This document shows positions 47,251-56,333 of a stretch of 64,000 nt of DNA, one piece after another. The DNA lies in assembly GCA_016928875.1 (NCBI GenBank), contig JAFGJY010000019.1, positions 1,996 to 65,995 on the forward strand, in the 5' to 3' direction. Below the pieces are notes generated by a model, which searched no databases, was not told where the DNA came from, and was given only the letters and a program-made list of their open reading frames with translations. The stretch comes from Candidatus Omnitrophota bacterium. Its GTDB lineage: Bacteria > Omnitrophota > Omnitrophia > JAHJGZ01 > JAFGJY01. How positions within the stretch are numbered: the first letter of the stretch is position 1; each line of letters opens with the position of its first letter. The position numbers and the translations under genes are program-made.

Positions 47251-48213
47251 CTATCCCGACTGTACATGGGCATCCTTTGTAATGGTATTTATCCTCTCGG
47301 CAAGCTCCTTTGCCTCAGTAAAAAGCTGGTCTAACTGTGCCGTATCAGGCATGTGACGCGCGAATTTTACCAGGTCGCAATCCTGAAGGAACGTGATCAA
47401 ACGATTATGGACCTCGATCTCGACACCGACCTCGGCACACCGTGCGTTCAGTTCACTGGTCGTCAGGTCCATCGTCTCGAAGGTGAACGCCACACCGAGA
47501 TACCATCGGACGATATCGGATATCTTGTCCGTGAATTCCGATATCCGTCCTTCCGCGATAAGCCGGCTCTGCCGCAACTCGAAAAGTTTTTTCATCGTCC
47601 GCTCATACGGCGTAAGCAAAAGGTCTTTGTCAGCTGTAAGACGACGAATGATCGTACGGATGAGAAGAAATAACGCAAACCCAATGATAAGGACAACTGC
47701 GCCCCATCCCGCATATGAAATATACCGCAATAAAGTCTTTTTGGGGTCAACGATGTCCTTGATCGCGTGAATATCATCCGCTTCTTCTTTAATGACCGAG
47801 CCGACAGCAATAACAATGCTCTCTGATATCAAGGTCTCGACCGCCTCAGCTTCGGCAGAACGCTTGTATTGTATCGAAACAGGATGGATCACTAGTTCGC
47901 CCACAGAATACGGCACTACCACAAAGTCGCGCGTAATTATATGCTTCCCCTCGCCCTCAGGGTGACGGGCACTATCGTCGATATCTTTGATTGTGAATTC
48001 GGAGAGATGCGTAAGAGAAATATCGCTTACCACAACGATCGGATCATTATAGACCAGCTCAACGCGGTATTTGATCTTTGTACCGATCGTGGCAATAGTC
48101 TTGTCAGCTGAAACATTCAGCGCAATGCCATCAGCTGCACAAGCGATGTTCATACCCGCTACCATAATGAACAGCGCAGCTGAGCACAAGAACAATAAAG
48201 ATCGTTTACGCAT
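47251..48213 (-). CDS. BatD-like exported/membrane protein of the MoxR-vWA operon
   Basis: Signal peptide, Ig-like region, DIHAIKD, TM segment, TMDLTTSEL…CDLVKFA. Confidence 0.7.
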   Translation of the reverse strand: MRKRSLLFLCSAALFIMVAGMNIACAADGIALNVSADKTIATIGTKIKYRVELVYNDPIVVVSDISLTHLSEFTIKDIDDSARHPEGEGKHIITRDFVVVPYSVGELVIHPVSIQYKRSAEAEAVETLISESIVIAVGSVIKEEADDIHAIKDIVDPKKTLLRYISYAGWGAVVLIIGFALFLLIRTIIRRLTADKDLLLTPYERTMKKLFELRQSRLIAEGRISEFTDKISDIVRWYLGVAFTFETMDLTTSELNARCAEVGVEIEVHNRLITFLQDCDLVKFARHMPDTAQLDQLFTEAKELAERINTITKDAHVQSG

Positions 48214-49087
48214 GTTTCCTCTGCTCTCGTTTCATGAAGAATTTCATGATCGGATCGACATACGGAAGCGTTACATCGATATTGATGGTATCGACGCCGT
48301 ATGAGGTCAATTTTTTAATGAGCTGCTTCATGTCCTCGGTGCGTTGCTTCTCGAACTGTTCCCGCAATTTCTTATTGGATGTGTTAACGCAACGCACTTC
48401 TCCTGTCTCCGGGTCCTCCAACTCTATGAGCCCGACATTCGGTAACGCTCTCTCGCGCGGATCATTGATGATCATCCCGATCGCATCATGGTAGCGCGCG
48501 AGGATCTTAAGCGGCTTATCATACCCTGCATCCATAAAATCCGAGATAATAAAAATAACCGCTCGCCGGGTGAGCACTTTATTGATGTATTCCAAGGCCT
48601 GCCCCAGATTAGTCCGCACCCCTTCCGGTTTGTTGTAAAGGATCTCGCGTACGACCCTGAGGACATGCTGGGTGCCCTTTTGCATGGGGATGTACTTCTC
48701 GACCTTGTCGGTGAACGTAAGCAGTCCGACCTTATCGTTGTTTTTCACTGCTGAAAATGCCAATAATGCGCTAATTTCCGCGGCTACCTCAGATTTTAAC
48801 TTATCCTGGGAACCGAAAAAATGTGATGATGAAATATCGACCAGAAAAACGACCGCCAGCTCTCGTTCCTCCATGAATTGTTTGACATGCGGGCTGCCGG
48901 TGCGGGCGGTCACGTTCCAATCGATTGTTCTGATGTCGTCACCATAGGTGTAACTGCGCACGTCCGCGAACTCGATCCCCTGTCCTTTAAAGACGGACTG
49001 GTACTCGCCGCCGAAGAACTCATTGACGAGTTTTGTCGTGCGGATCTCGATATTGCGTACTTGCTTAAGTATCTCTTTTGGGATCAT
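48206..49087 (-). CDS. DUF58 domain (vWA-like) protein
   Basis: GEYQSVFKGQGIEFADVRSY..GDDIRTIDWNVTAR, EERE, DISSS, ISDF. Confidence 0.92.
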   Translation of the reverse strand: MIPKEILKQVRNIEIRTTKLVNEFFGGEYQSVFKGQGIEFADVRSYTYGDDIRTIDWNVTARTGSPHVKQFMEERELAVVFLVDISSSHFFGSQDKLKSEVAAEISALLAFSAVKNNDKVGLLTFTDKVEKYIPMQKGTQHVLRVVREILYNKPEGVRTNLGQALEYINKVLTRRAVIFIISDFMDAGYDKPLKILARYHDAIGMIINDPRERALPNVGLIELEDPETGEVRCVNTSNKKLREQFEKQRTEDMKQLIKKLTSYGVDTINIDVTLPYVDPIMKFFMKREQRKHA

Positions 49088-49365
49088 CGTGTGTTCCTGG
49101 TGCGCGTACTGCGTATTGCGTCAAATCAAAACTATTTACTCCCCCACCCCGTCGTCATTGCGGGCATAAGGGTTAAAAAGTGTTGCTGCTTGATTTTGTA
49201 ATTAAATGATCGTTAAGGCGTTAGAACTAAAATTTAGGCTCATTATCAAAGTGTTTTAATAATGGGGCTTAAATCTGTTTCTAACTCACTGCATTCACGA
49301 CCACTAACATTTTTACTTAGCAACATTTTTTAACCAATATGCACATTGCGAGGAAATAAACTCTA

Positions 49366-49460
49366 TGTCGTCCCCGCGAAAGCGGGGACCTAGTCCTTTA
49401 GATCCGGGATAAGCCTCCCGCCACAAGACGAGGCGGGCAGGTCGGCTTTCCGGGACGACC
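49366..49460. repeat. Palindromic RPE4/REP-like repeat with nested insert
   Basis: Same structure and same nested insert as 47103-47197. Confidence 0.8.
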
Positions 49461-49578
49461 TTATAATATAAGCAGCACTGCTCGATATTGTACTGAGATC
49501 CTTCACCCGCCTCCTGCGGGTTCAGGATGCCGTGATTTCCTATGAGTTTCGTCGCTCTAAGCAACGCAACTCATGAAA

Positions 49579-50568
49579 TCACGGCACTTCGATCTGGTCT
49601 AGGATCTTCGTAATAATGTCCTCAGACGTCAACTCCTCTGCCTCCGCTTCATAGGAAACGATGATACGATGGCGCAAGACATCATAGGCGATCTGCTTTA
49701 TGTCGTCGGGTGTAACATATCCACGGCCGCGGATAAAGGCGTGTGCCTTAGCAGCTGTCGTGAGCGCCAATGTCGCACGCGGGGATGCCCCGTAATTGAT
49801 GAGCGGCGCAAGATCATCGAGTTTGAACTTTTGCGGCTCGCGGGTCGCGAACACGATATCGAGGATATATTCCTTGATCTTCACATCAACATAGATCTCG
49901 GTCGTGAGCGCGCGAAGCTTCAGAACGTCTTCCGGCTTTATCACCGCTTTTACCTCGGGCAAGGTCGCCTGGGTCATGGTATCAAGGATCACTTTTTCTT
50001 CTTTGCGGGTCGGATAGGTGATCTTGATCTTGAGCATGAAACGGTCGACCTGCGCTTCCGGCAGCGGATAAGTGCCTTCCTGTTCGATCGGGTTTTGGGT
50101 CGCAAGCACAAGAAATGGTTCTGTAAGCGGAAAGGTGGTCTCGCCGATCGTGATCTGCCGCTCCTGCATCGCCTCGAGCAGCGCACTTTGCACTTTGGAG
50201 GGCGCGCGGTTGATTTCGTCAGCGAGGATGATATTAGAAAAAAGCGGCCCTTTTTTAATAGTGAATTCGCCCTCCTTTTGATTGAAGATCAAGGTCCCGA
50301 GCAGATCCGCCGGTAAAAGATCGGGCGTGAACTGAATACGCTGGAATTTAGTGCTGATCGTGCGCGATAAGGTCTTGACCGCGAGGGTCTTGGCCAAGCC
50401 CGGCACGCCCTCGATCAGGATATGGCCGTTGGCAAGCATCCCGATCATCATCCGCTCGAGCAAATATTTCTGTCCGACCAGGATCTTCGAGATCTCATTG
50501 AAGACCTCATCAATCTTATGATAGTGCTCCTTTATTTTATCGTTGATTATCCTGATCTCATTGTCCAT
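49579..50568 (-). CDS. moxR: MoxR family AAA+ ATPase
   Basis: EGVPGLAKT, RIQFTPDLLPADL, LADEINRAPSKVQSALLEAMQE, ATQNPIEQEGTYPLPEAQVDRF, GASPRA. Confidence 0.95.
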   Translation of the reverse strand: MDNEIRIINDKIKEHYHKIDEVFNEISKILVGQKYLLERMMIGMLANGHILIEGVPGLAKTLAVKTLSRTISTKFQRIQFTPDLLPADLLGTLIFNQKEGEFTIKKGPLFSNIILADEINRAPSKVQSALLEAMQERQITIGETTFPLTEPFLVLATQNPIEQEGTYPLPEAQVDRFMLKIKITYPTRKEEKVILDTMTQATLPEVKAVIKPEDVLKLRALTTEIYVDVKIKEYILDIVFATREPQKFKLDDLAPLINYGASPRATLALTTAAKAHAFIRGRGYVTPDDIKQIAYDVLRHRIIVSYEAEAEELTSEDIITKILDQIEVP

Positions 50569-50597
50569 GCCGCTCCTCCTTTATGATATAAGCTGCC

Positions 50598-50737
50598 GTC
50601 TCCCCTTTTAAGGCCGAGTAGGTCCGCCGTTTTTATTGGCGGAGGAGTGGCCGAAGGCCGAGGGGTTTTGCGTACAATGTACGTGACCTTAAAACCCCCC
50701 TGCGACTCCGTCGCTTCCCCCCTTGCAAGGGGGGACG
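50598..50737. repeat. Palindromic 'CTCCCC…AAGGGGGA' intergenic repeat with nested TCCGCC…GGCGGA insert
   Basis: tctccccttttaagg[ccgagtaggtccgccgtttttattggcgga]ggagtggccgaagg…cccccctgcgactccgtcgcttccccccttgcaaggggg; related to 58080-58230. Confidence 0.7.
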
Positions 50738-50781
50738 TTAATATTTTTTTATTGCGAATAGGTTTCATACACCAGTGTCTA

Positions 50782-51681
50782 TCAATGTTCACAAACCGCT
50801 TTAAAATCATCGAGCAAGCCGCGTACTTCATGGCGCTCGAACGTAATGCCGGAATAACGCGCTTCTTCGGCACGCTTGAAGATCTTCGTAAGCGTTGCGC
50901 GATGTTTTTCACTTATTTGCCGGAATGCATCATCCGCACCGAGCGTCTCTGCGGGGAGCGATGGCATTCCCGCGATCCCCAGTATTTCAAATAAATACAA
51001 TTGCGCCAGTTTCTCAAGCCGTTCTACAACGGTATTGTACTCCCCCTTATCGAAGATTGCTTGCACCTCTTTAAGTGAATGTGCCAGTTCTTCACGCGGG
51101 TTGCGTTGCTCGCTCCCCGCACGGCGTTTTCTGAGCATATGTACGATCAGGAACCCAAGGATGAGGAGAACAACTGCACCGGCCATGAAGAGTATCGTTC
51201 TCTGCCGTAATAATGGGACACGCTCTGCCATGATGGTCATCGACATCGCGGGCAACGTGATAAAACGCGGGCTTACCTCCCCTTCAACGCTATAATTTAT
51301 CGTGAGCGCCTCGACCATGCCCGTACCAGCTTCGTGAGCGGCAAGGTCATAATCATAGGTACGCACCTTGTAACGTACGCCGTCATCTTCGATCGTTTGC
51401 GTCGCTGTGGCAACATTGACCACCTGCAGCTTGGCAGGATCAATGTGCGGCGGTGTAATACGATACCGTGTTCCGTCATCCACCCAGCGAAACGTTATCG
51501 TGAACGTAAGACGCTCACCCGCAGTTACCTCACTGCGGTCAAAATGCGCTTCTGCTTCGACATTAGGTTCGCGAGTGATGATCCCCGGGCTGATATCAGG
51601 TGTCGCATCCTGCGCGGCGATAGATCGGCCAATCATGCAACATATTATTATATATATAGTTATGAATACAATCCGCTTCAT
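50782..51681 (-). CDS. BatD-like exported protein with C-terminal TM segment
   Basis: Signal peptide, AHFDRSEVTAGERLTFTIT Ig-like start, TM segment, cytoplasmic helix ending EEARYSG. Confidence 0.6.
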   Translation of the reverse strand: MKRIVFITIYIIICCMIGRSIAAQDATPDISPGIITREPNVEAEAHFDRSEVTAGERLTFTITFRWVDDGTRYRITPPHIDPAKLQVVNVATATQTIEDDGVRYKVRTYDYDLAAHEAGTGMVEALTINYSVEGEVSPRFITLPAMSMTIMAERVPLLRQRTILFMAGAVVLLILGFLIVHMLRKRRAGSEQRNPREELAHSLKEVQAIFDKGEYNTVVERLEKLAQLYLFEILGIAGMPSLPAETLGADDAFRQISEKHRATLTKIFKRAEEARYSGITFERHEVRGLLDDFKAVCEH

Positions 51682-51700
51682 ATTGGTACCGATGACCGAT

Positions 51701-51755
51701 GGGGACAGCGCCCAGTGTTTAAAAAAGCTTTTTTAAACACTGGGCGCTGTCCCCT
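51701..51755. repeat. GGGGACAG…CTGTCCCC hairpin element (possible terminator)
   Basis: Near-perfect palindrome ggggacagcgcccagtgtttaaaaaagcttttttaaacactgggcgctgtcccc. Confidence 0.75.
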
Positions 51756-51765
51756 TTTGAACATA

Positions 51766-52137
51766 TTATTTTTTCATGGCCAGATCGACCATGGCCAGCA
51801 GTTCGTTATTATCGAATGGTTTTGCAAGCAAATACTGTCCTGCCATCTTGTGGCCGGTCAGCTTCGCTTCTTCGTCATTAACAACGCCGGTAAGAAAAAT
51901 GATCGGAATATTTTTGGTCGCTGCATCGCCTTCAAGCACCGAGGCCATTTTACCGCCGCTTACGCCCGGCATCATCAAATCTGAAATGATCAGGTCCGGT
52001 TTTTCGCTCTTTACTTTCTCGGCGCCCTCTTTACCGTCAGCAGCGAGTATCACCTGATAACCACTCGACGTGAGCACATCATTAAGTGCATCCCGGATCG
52101 CTTCTTCATCATCGACAACCACTATTTTCTTCGCCAT
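51766..52137 (-). CDS. Single-domain response regulator (receiver)
   Basis: VVDDE, PDLIISDLMMP..SG, IPIIFLT, KPF. Confidence 0.92.
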   Translation of the reverse strand: MAKKIVVVDDEEAIRDALNDVLTSSGYQVILAADGKEGAEKVKSEKPDLIISDLMMPGVSGGKMASVLEGDAATKNIPIIFLTGVVNDEEAKLTGHKMAGQYLLAKPFDNNELLAMVDLAMKK

Positions 52138-52229
52138 GCTCTCCTCCTTTGTTCTCTCATGTTCGTTCTATGGTTCCCAACAATAACATCTTCACCTCTG
52201 GTGTCAGGCACGGTGCCTGAGACCGATCG

Positions 52230-52964
52230 TTATTTCCCGCGTGAGAGGCGCTCGGATAAGATCCGCGGCAAGCCGGCTTTCATGATCTTTGACTGCGCCT
52301 TCGCAACGTCATACTCGACCCGGCGGATCTCTATCACACGCTTAGCCGTGTCAAAAACAGCATATGAGGCGCGCGCATCACCATCACGCGGTTGACCGAC
52401 GCTCCCGACATTAACGATGTATTTGTTCGAATGACGCAGTTCAAGCCGCTCGGTCTTAAAACAATCCACCATCTCATCCGCAGCAAAAACAAGCGGCTGA
52501 TGAGAATGCCCGATAAAACACACCTGCCGCTCGAGCAATTTCACATTCTCATCTGCATCGTCGATATCAAAGATATATCCCCACTCGGCCGGTGCCTTAA
52601 GAGTTGAGTGAACGATACTGCAATCATCACAATGCTTGACAAGCTCGAGGCGTTCCAAATACGCCAGATCATCGCCGCCGAGCTGATCGCGCGTCCACTC
52701 GGCTGCGATCCGTGCGTGAATATTGAACTGCTCGATCGATGTCATCCCGCACGCCGCACGATCATGGTTCCCGGCAATGCACATGCACGGGTGCTCCTTG
52801 CACAAGCGTTCCAATACCGCAATACACGCTGCAGGATCGGCGCCATAGCCGACCACATCGCCCAGGAACAGGTATGTATCGATCTTTTCGCTCGATAATG
52901 CCTCAAGTACTGCCTGGAATGCCTCGAGGTTCGCATGTATATCAGAAAAAATACCGTATCTCAT
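52230..52964 (-). CDS. Metallophosphoesterase (calcineurin-like/PPP family)
   Basis: SDIHAN, LGDVVGYG, GNHD, GHSH, NVGSVGQPRD. Confidence 0.9.
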   Translation of the reverse strand: MRYGIFSDIHANLEAFQAVLEALSSEKIDTYLFLGDVVGYGADPAACIAVLERLCKEHPCMCIAGNHDRAACGMTSIEQFNIHARIAAEWTRDQLGGDDLAYLERLELVKHCDDCSIVHSTLKAPAEWGYIFDIDDADENVKLLERQVCFIGHSHQPLVFAADEMVDCFKTERLELRHSNKYIVNVGSVGQPRDGDARASYAVFDTAKRVIEIRRVEYDVAKAQSKIMKAGLPRILSERLSRGK

Positions 52965-53458
52965 TCCGTCTGGCTTCTGGTTCTCGTATCAGGATACAAC
53001 TTCAAGAGAAATCGTTCCGCGCCGTGGACAACGGTCACTCTATTCGGCGTTATGCTCTCAACCCTGCAGCCCATGATCTCGTCGCCTACCCGCAGCATCT
53101 GATCGTTGATGATCGCATTCGGCACGCCCTGCTCAAAGAACACCCCCATAAGATCGAGCTTGGAGATATCAAATTGCGGGGCCGCTTCCGCTTTCTTGAT
53201 CGGCTCGAACGGACTTATCATTTCTTCGTACTGCGGAACTCCGGCATTGTGCTTAAGTTGTGTCTTTAATTTGCCAAGATCAGGCAGTGGTGCACCGTCT
53301 GTTTTCTGTGGCACCATTACCGCCGACTGATTCGCTTGGCCAACATGCGGTGCCGTTACCGGAAGCGTCTTTTTACCATCCTTTGAAAGCGTCATAACGA
53401 GCCATACCACGATCACGATGACCATGCAGATACCTATATTTCTCTCACGTTTTGTCAT
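52961..53458 (-). CDS. PilP/GspB-like type IV pilus assembly protein
   Basis: N-terminal TM segment, SPF, LDLMGV…AIIND…RVGDEI..CRVESI; follows pilMNO. Confidence 0.6.
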   Translation of the reverse strand: MTKRERNIGICMVIVIVVWLVMTLSKDGKKTLPVTAPHVGQANQSAVMVPQKTDGAPLPDLGKLKTQLKHNAGVPQYEEMISPFEPIKKAEAAPQFDISKLDLMGVFFEQGVPNAIINDQMLRVGDEIMGCRVESITPNRVTVVHGAERFLLKLYPDTRTRSQTE

Positions 53459-54048
53459 TGCCCCGTCCCCCTGCCCGCCGCGTCCGCTTCAACGGTCTGG
53501 GCCTTGAACAAGGTATACACCGTCAACTGAACATCCAATAACGTGCCTCCGGCATTGATCGTGAGCCCTTCAACGCCTGCTATGCTCGGAGAAGCCTCGA
53601 TCGCGTCGAGAAATTTAAAAAGGCTCGCATACTGTGTCTTGAAATTCATGCTCATCGGCAACACCTCGTGGTCGCCTTGCGCGCGTTCAGCCATCGGTCG
53701 TACGGTTGAAAGCTCGACTCTGTAATTGTCCGCTATCTTGATTATTTCCTGGGTCAGGAGCGCCACGTTCTTCTCCTGGATGACCTTGGTGCTCATCGCG
53801 CTGACAGCAGACTGAAAAACGACCATACTTTCGGCGATCTCTGCCATTTCCTCCTCAAGATCGGCCTGGATGCGTTTAAGCTGCTCGCGGTCGATTGAAT
53901 TGACCGCGGCTTTTTCCGCCGTGATCTCGTCCTTGAGCGCGCTCATCGCCGCCATGTGCACGCGCACATCGATCGCGATCGTCGTAATGACCACGATCAT
54001 GATCGCGAACCATTGCCAGCGTAATAATCGTCTAAGATAAATGTCCAT
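53455..54048 (-). CDS. pilO: Type IV pilus assembly protein PilO-like
   Basis: TM segment, coiled coil, LPMSMNFKTQYASLFKFLDAIE; position in the pilMNO operon. Confidence 0.7.
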   Translation of the reverse strand: MDIYLRRLLRWQWFAIMIVVITTIAIDVRVHMAAMSALKDEITAEKAAVNSIDREQLKRIQADLEEEMAEIAESMVVFQSAVSAMSTKVIQEKNVALLTQEIIKIADNYRVELSTVRPMAERAQGDHEVLPMSMNFKTQYASLFKFLDAIEASPSIAGVEGLTINAGGTLLDVQLTVYTLFKAQTVEADAAGRGTGQ

Positions 54049-54084
54049 GCATCCCTTCCAGTCATCATTGAATATAAAATATCA

Positions 54085-54147
54085 TGTCGTCCCGGCCGTA
54101 GAGCCGGGACCCCGGTTCCTAGATCCCCGCTTCCGCGGGGACGACAC
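54085..54147. repeat. Palindromic RPE4/REP-like repeat
   Basis: tgtcgtcccggccgtagagccgggacc…gatccccgcttccgcggggacgaca. Confidence 0.75.
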
Positions 54148-54231
54148 CGAAGAACTTCCGGAACGACATCTTTTCTTCAATATTCCTTCTGCTCACCACC
54201 TGCGAGGTCGGGAATACTGTGTTCTTTCCTA

Positions 54232-54777
54232 CTATTCAAACGTGCAGGTCAAACTGAACGTGATCGTTGTCCCATCCGCTGCGGTATTCGACTGCATCGA
54301 CGTCAGGTCGACCGTATTAAAATACGGTATTTTTTTGATCTCGAGCAAGAACTCGCTCACCAGCTGGGCATCATACGCCTTGCCTTTCATCTCCAGCGTC
54401 TTTTTTTGGCTGCTCACCGTAACGCTGTTAAGCCACACCTTATTGCGCGCGCTATCGCCGATCAATTTCATCATCGCTTTGTAATGCACACGTTGCGCAG
54501 CGATCTCAAGCAGTGCTTGGTTTTCAGAGACGAAGGCATTTCTCTCATTGCGCAGTAATGTCACTTCACTGCGCACTTTATCAAGTTCTGGCATAGCACG
54601 CGAGAGCTTGATCGCGGTCAGTTCATTCTTAAGTCCCTTGACACCGTCCGCGAGCCATATGTGAACCGGCACAATGCACACGATCACAATGACTGCGCTG
54701 ACGATCATCGTCTTCTTGAGCGCTGCCATGCGCATCTGGTGCTGGTATGCTTCCGGTAAAAGGTTTATTTGTCGCAT
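54232..54777 (-). CDS. pilN: Type IV pilus assembly protein PilN
   Basis: QINLLP start, TM segment, VWLNSV…MKGKA…F…F.LT. Confidence 0.85.
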   Translation of the reverse strand: MRQINLLPEAYQHQMRMAALKKTMIVSAVIVIVCIVPVHIWLADGVKGLKNELTAIKLSRAMPELDKVRSEVTLLRNERNAFVSENQALLEIAAQRVHYKAMMKLIGDSARNKVWLNSVTVSSQKKTLEMKGKAYDAQLVSEFLLEIKKIPYFNTVDLTSMQSNTAADGTTITFSLTCTFE

Positions 54778-54859
54778 CTCATCCTTTTGTTATCTTATGT
54801 GTCTATATCTCTCGTCGTCATTGCAGTGAGTCCCAAGTACCCTGTAGCCCTAAACACCA

Positions 54860-54933
54860 TGTCATCCCCGCGAAAGCGGGGATCCAGTTCATGTGTCCAG
54901 ATCCCGGATAAGCCTTCGGCTTTCCGGGACGAC
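54860..54933. repeat. Palindromic RPE4/REP-like repeat
   Basis: tgtcatccccgcgaaagcggggatcca…gatcccggataagccttcggctttccgggacgac. Confidence 0.8.
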
Positions 54934-54992
54934 CTTAAAACCATCAGTAGCGACACGACCCGTACCCACCTGCATAGGTTTGGCGTTAATTT

Positions 54993-56144
54993 TTACAACA
55001 ATGCTGCGCCAAAGGCAGCTGCCACGGTCGGCGCCATCGTATGCATTGCTTCCCGATCGCGCTTTTTCATCTTGACCGAATGGTCTTTAAAAATATCGCC
55101 TCGTTCTACAATTACGCCCAATTTCTCAGCTAAAAACGAATCGATCCCGTTCATCAGAGAACCACCGCCGAAAAGATATGCCTTCTCGATCCGCTCGACC
55201 AGTATCTCTGCTTCACAATACGCGAACGAACGGTTTATTTCAGCTGCAAGCTGAGTTAACGCAGTCTCAATATGGGTTATGAGCGCGCTCTCGCCGTAGT
55301 TCGATCCTGCCCCGCTCGGCCTGAGCGGTTGTTCTTTCTTGATCTGCTCTGCCTCCAGAAAACCGATCTTAAGCCCGTCCTTTATCGCAGAGGTAAAGGT
55401 ATTGCCGGCAATATCGATCGAACGCAGGAACAGCAATTTTCCGTCCTTGACGACCGCCATCACCGTCCGTGAGGCCCCCATATCGATGAGTGCGACCATC
55501 TTGTCCTTCTCGACCGTATGGGTCTTTAAGAACGCTTTGATAAGCGCAAAGGCCGTAATATCCACTTTGGTCGGGACCATCTTAAGCTCGCGCAAAAGCG
55601 CGATATATTTGTTGATCGCATCATTGTGCGCAACGACAAGCACCACATCCTTATTCTCCGCCCCGTGTCCTACGGGCCCGCCCAGGTCCTGGAAATCGAC
55701 CACTGCTTGCTCGAGCGGAAAACTGATGAACTTCTCTGCCCGCCACCTGATGGCCTTTAAAAGTTCAAGCTCTGAAAGGCACGGAACGTTGATCTGTTGC
55801 GATATCACCGCGGTGTCCGATATCGTAAGCGCAATACGTTTGTCCTTGATCTTGCATTCCTTGATCAAGGTCTTGAGTTCTTTCTCGATAAGCACGGTAT
55901 CCTGCCACGAATTCCCGCTGTCAAGCGACGGTGCCAGTTCTTTATATCCGACCTTTATCACGCTCACGGAATTCGGCATCTCCTTAAGCGCGGCAATTTT
56001 GACCGAATGTGAGCCGATATCGATCCCGATCTGTGCGGCTTCTTTGTACATCGGCCTGAGCGGATTGCACACATCGAGATACGATGCGATCTTGGTCGCT
56101 TCAAGTACCTCGTTCACCTTGTTCCACTGTTCGCGTATGTCCAT
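54993..56144 (-). CDS. pilM: Type IV pilus assembly protein PilM
   Basis: IGIDIGSHSVK, LIDMGASRT, AGNTFT, LFGGGS (actin-like fold). Confidence 0.92.
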   Translation of the reverse strand: MDIREQWNKVNEVLEATKIASYLDVCNPLRPMYKEAAQIGIDIGSHSVKIAALKEMPNSVSVIKVGYKELAPSLDSGNSWQDTVLIEKELKTLIKECKIKDKRIALTISDTAVISQQINVPCLSELELLKAIRWRAEKFISFPLEQAVVDFQDLGGPVGHGAENKDVVLVVAHNDAINKYIALLRELKMVPTKVDITAFALIKAFLKTHTVEKDKMVALIDMGASRTVMAVVKDGKLLFLRSIDIAGNTFTSAIKDGLKIGFLEAEQIKKEQPLRPSGAGSNYGESALITHIETALTQLAAEINRSFAYCEAEILVERIEKAYLFGGGSLMNGIDSFLAEKLGVIVERGDIFKDHSVKMKKRDREAMHTMAPTVAAAFGAALL

Positions 56145-56187
56145 GTGGTATTAGCCTCTGTTTGCATTAAATCAAAACTCAAAACAT

Positions 56188-56291
56188 GTCGTCCCCGCGC
56201 CTGTCCTCGCATCTTCGTTTTCGAAGAAAACGGCAGAGGAAAAGCGGGGACCTAGATCCCGGCTCTGCGCTTCGCTTCGACCGGGACGACA
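56188..56291. repeat. Palindromic RPE4/REP-like repeat with internal insert
   Basis: tgtcgtccccgcg[insert]aaagcggggacctagatcccggctctgcgcttcgcttcgaccgggacgaca. Confidence 0.7.
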
Positions 56292-56333
56292 GCAAGAAAA
56301 TATTATCAAAATAACGGTGAGTAATTATCTAAC

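Noticed and set aside
49313-49564. Short ORFs over repeats (also 46821, 46952, 50547, 54041, 54769, 57829, 58167)
   Set aside because: Translations of palindromic repeats (SSPRKRGS, DPRFRGDD, LRRFPLQRG) or antisense shadows
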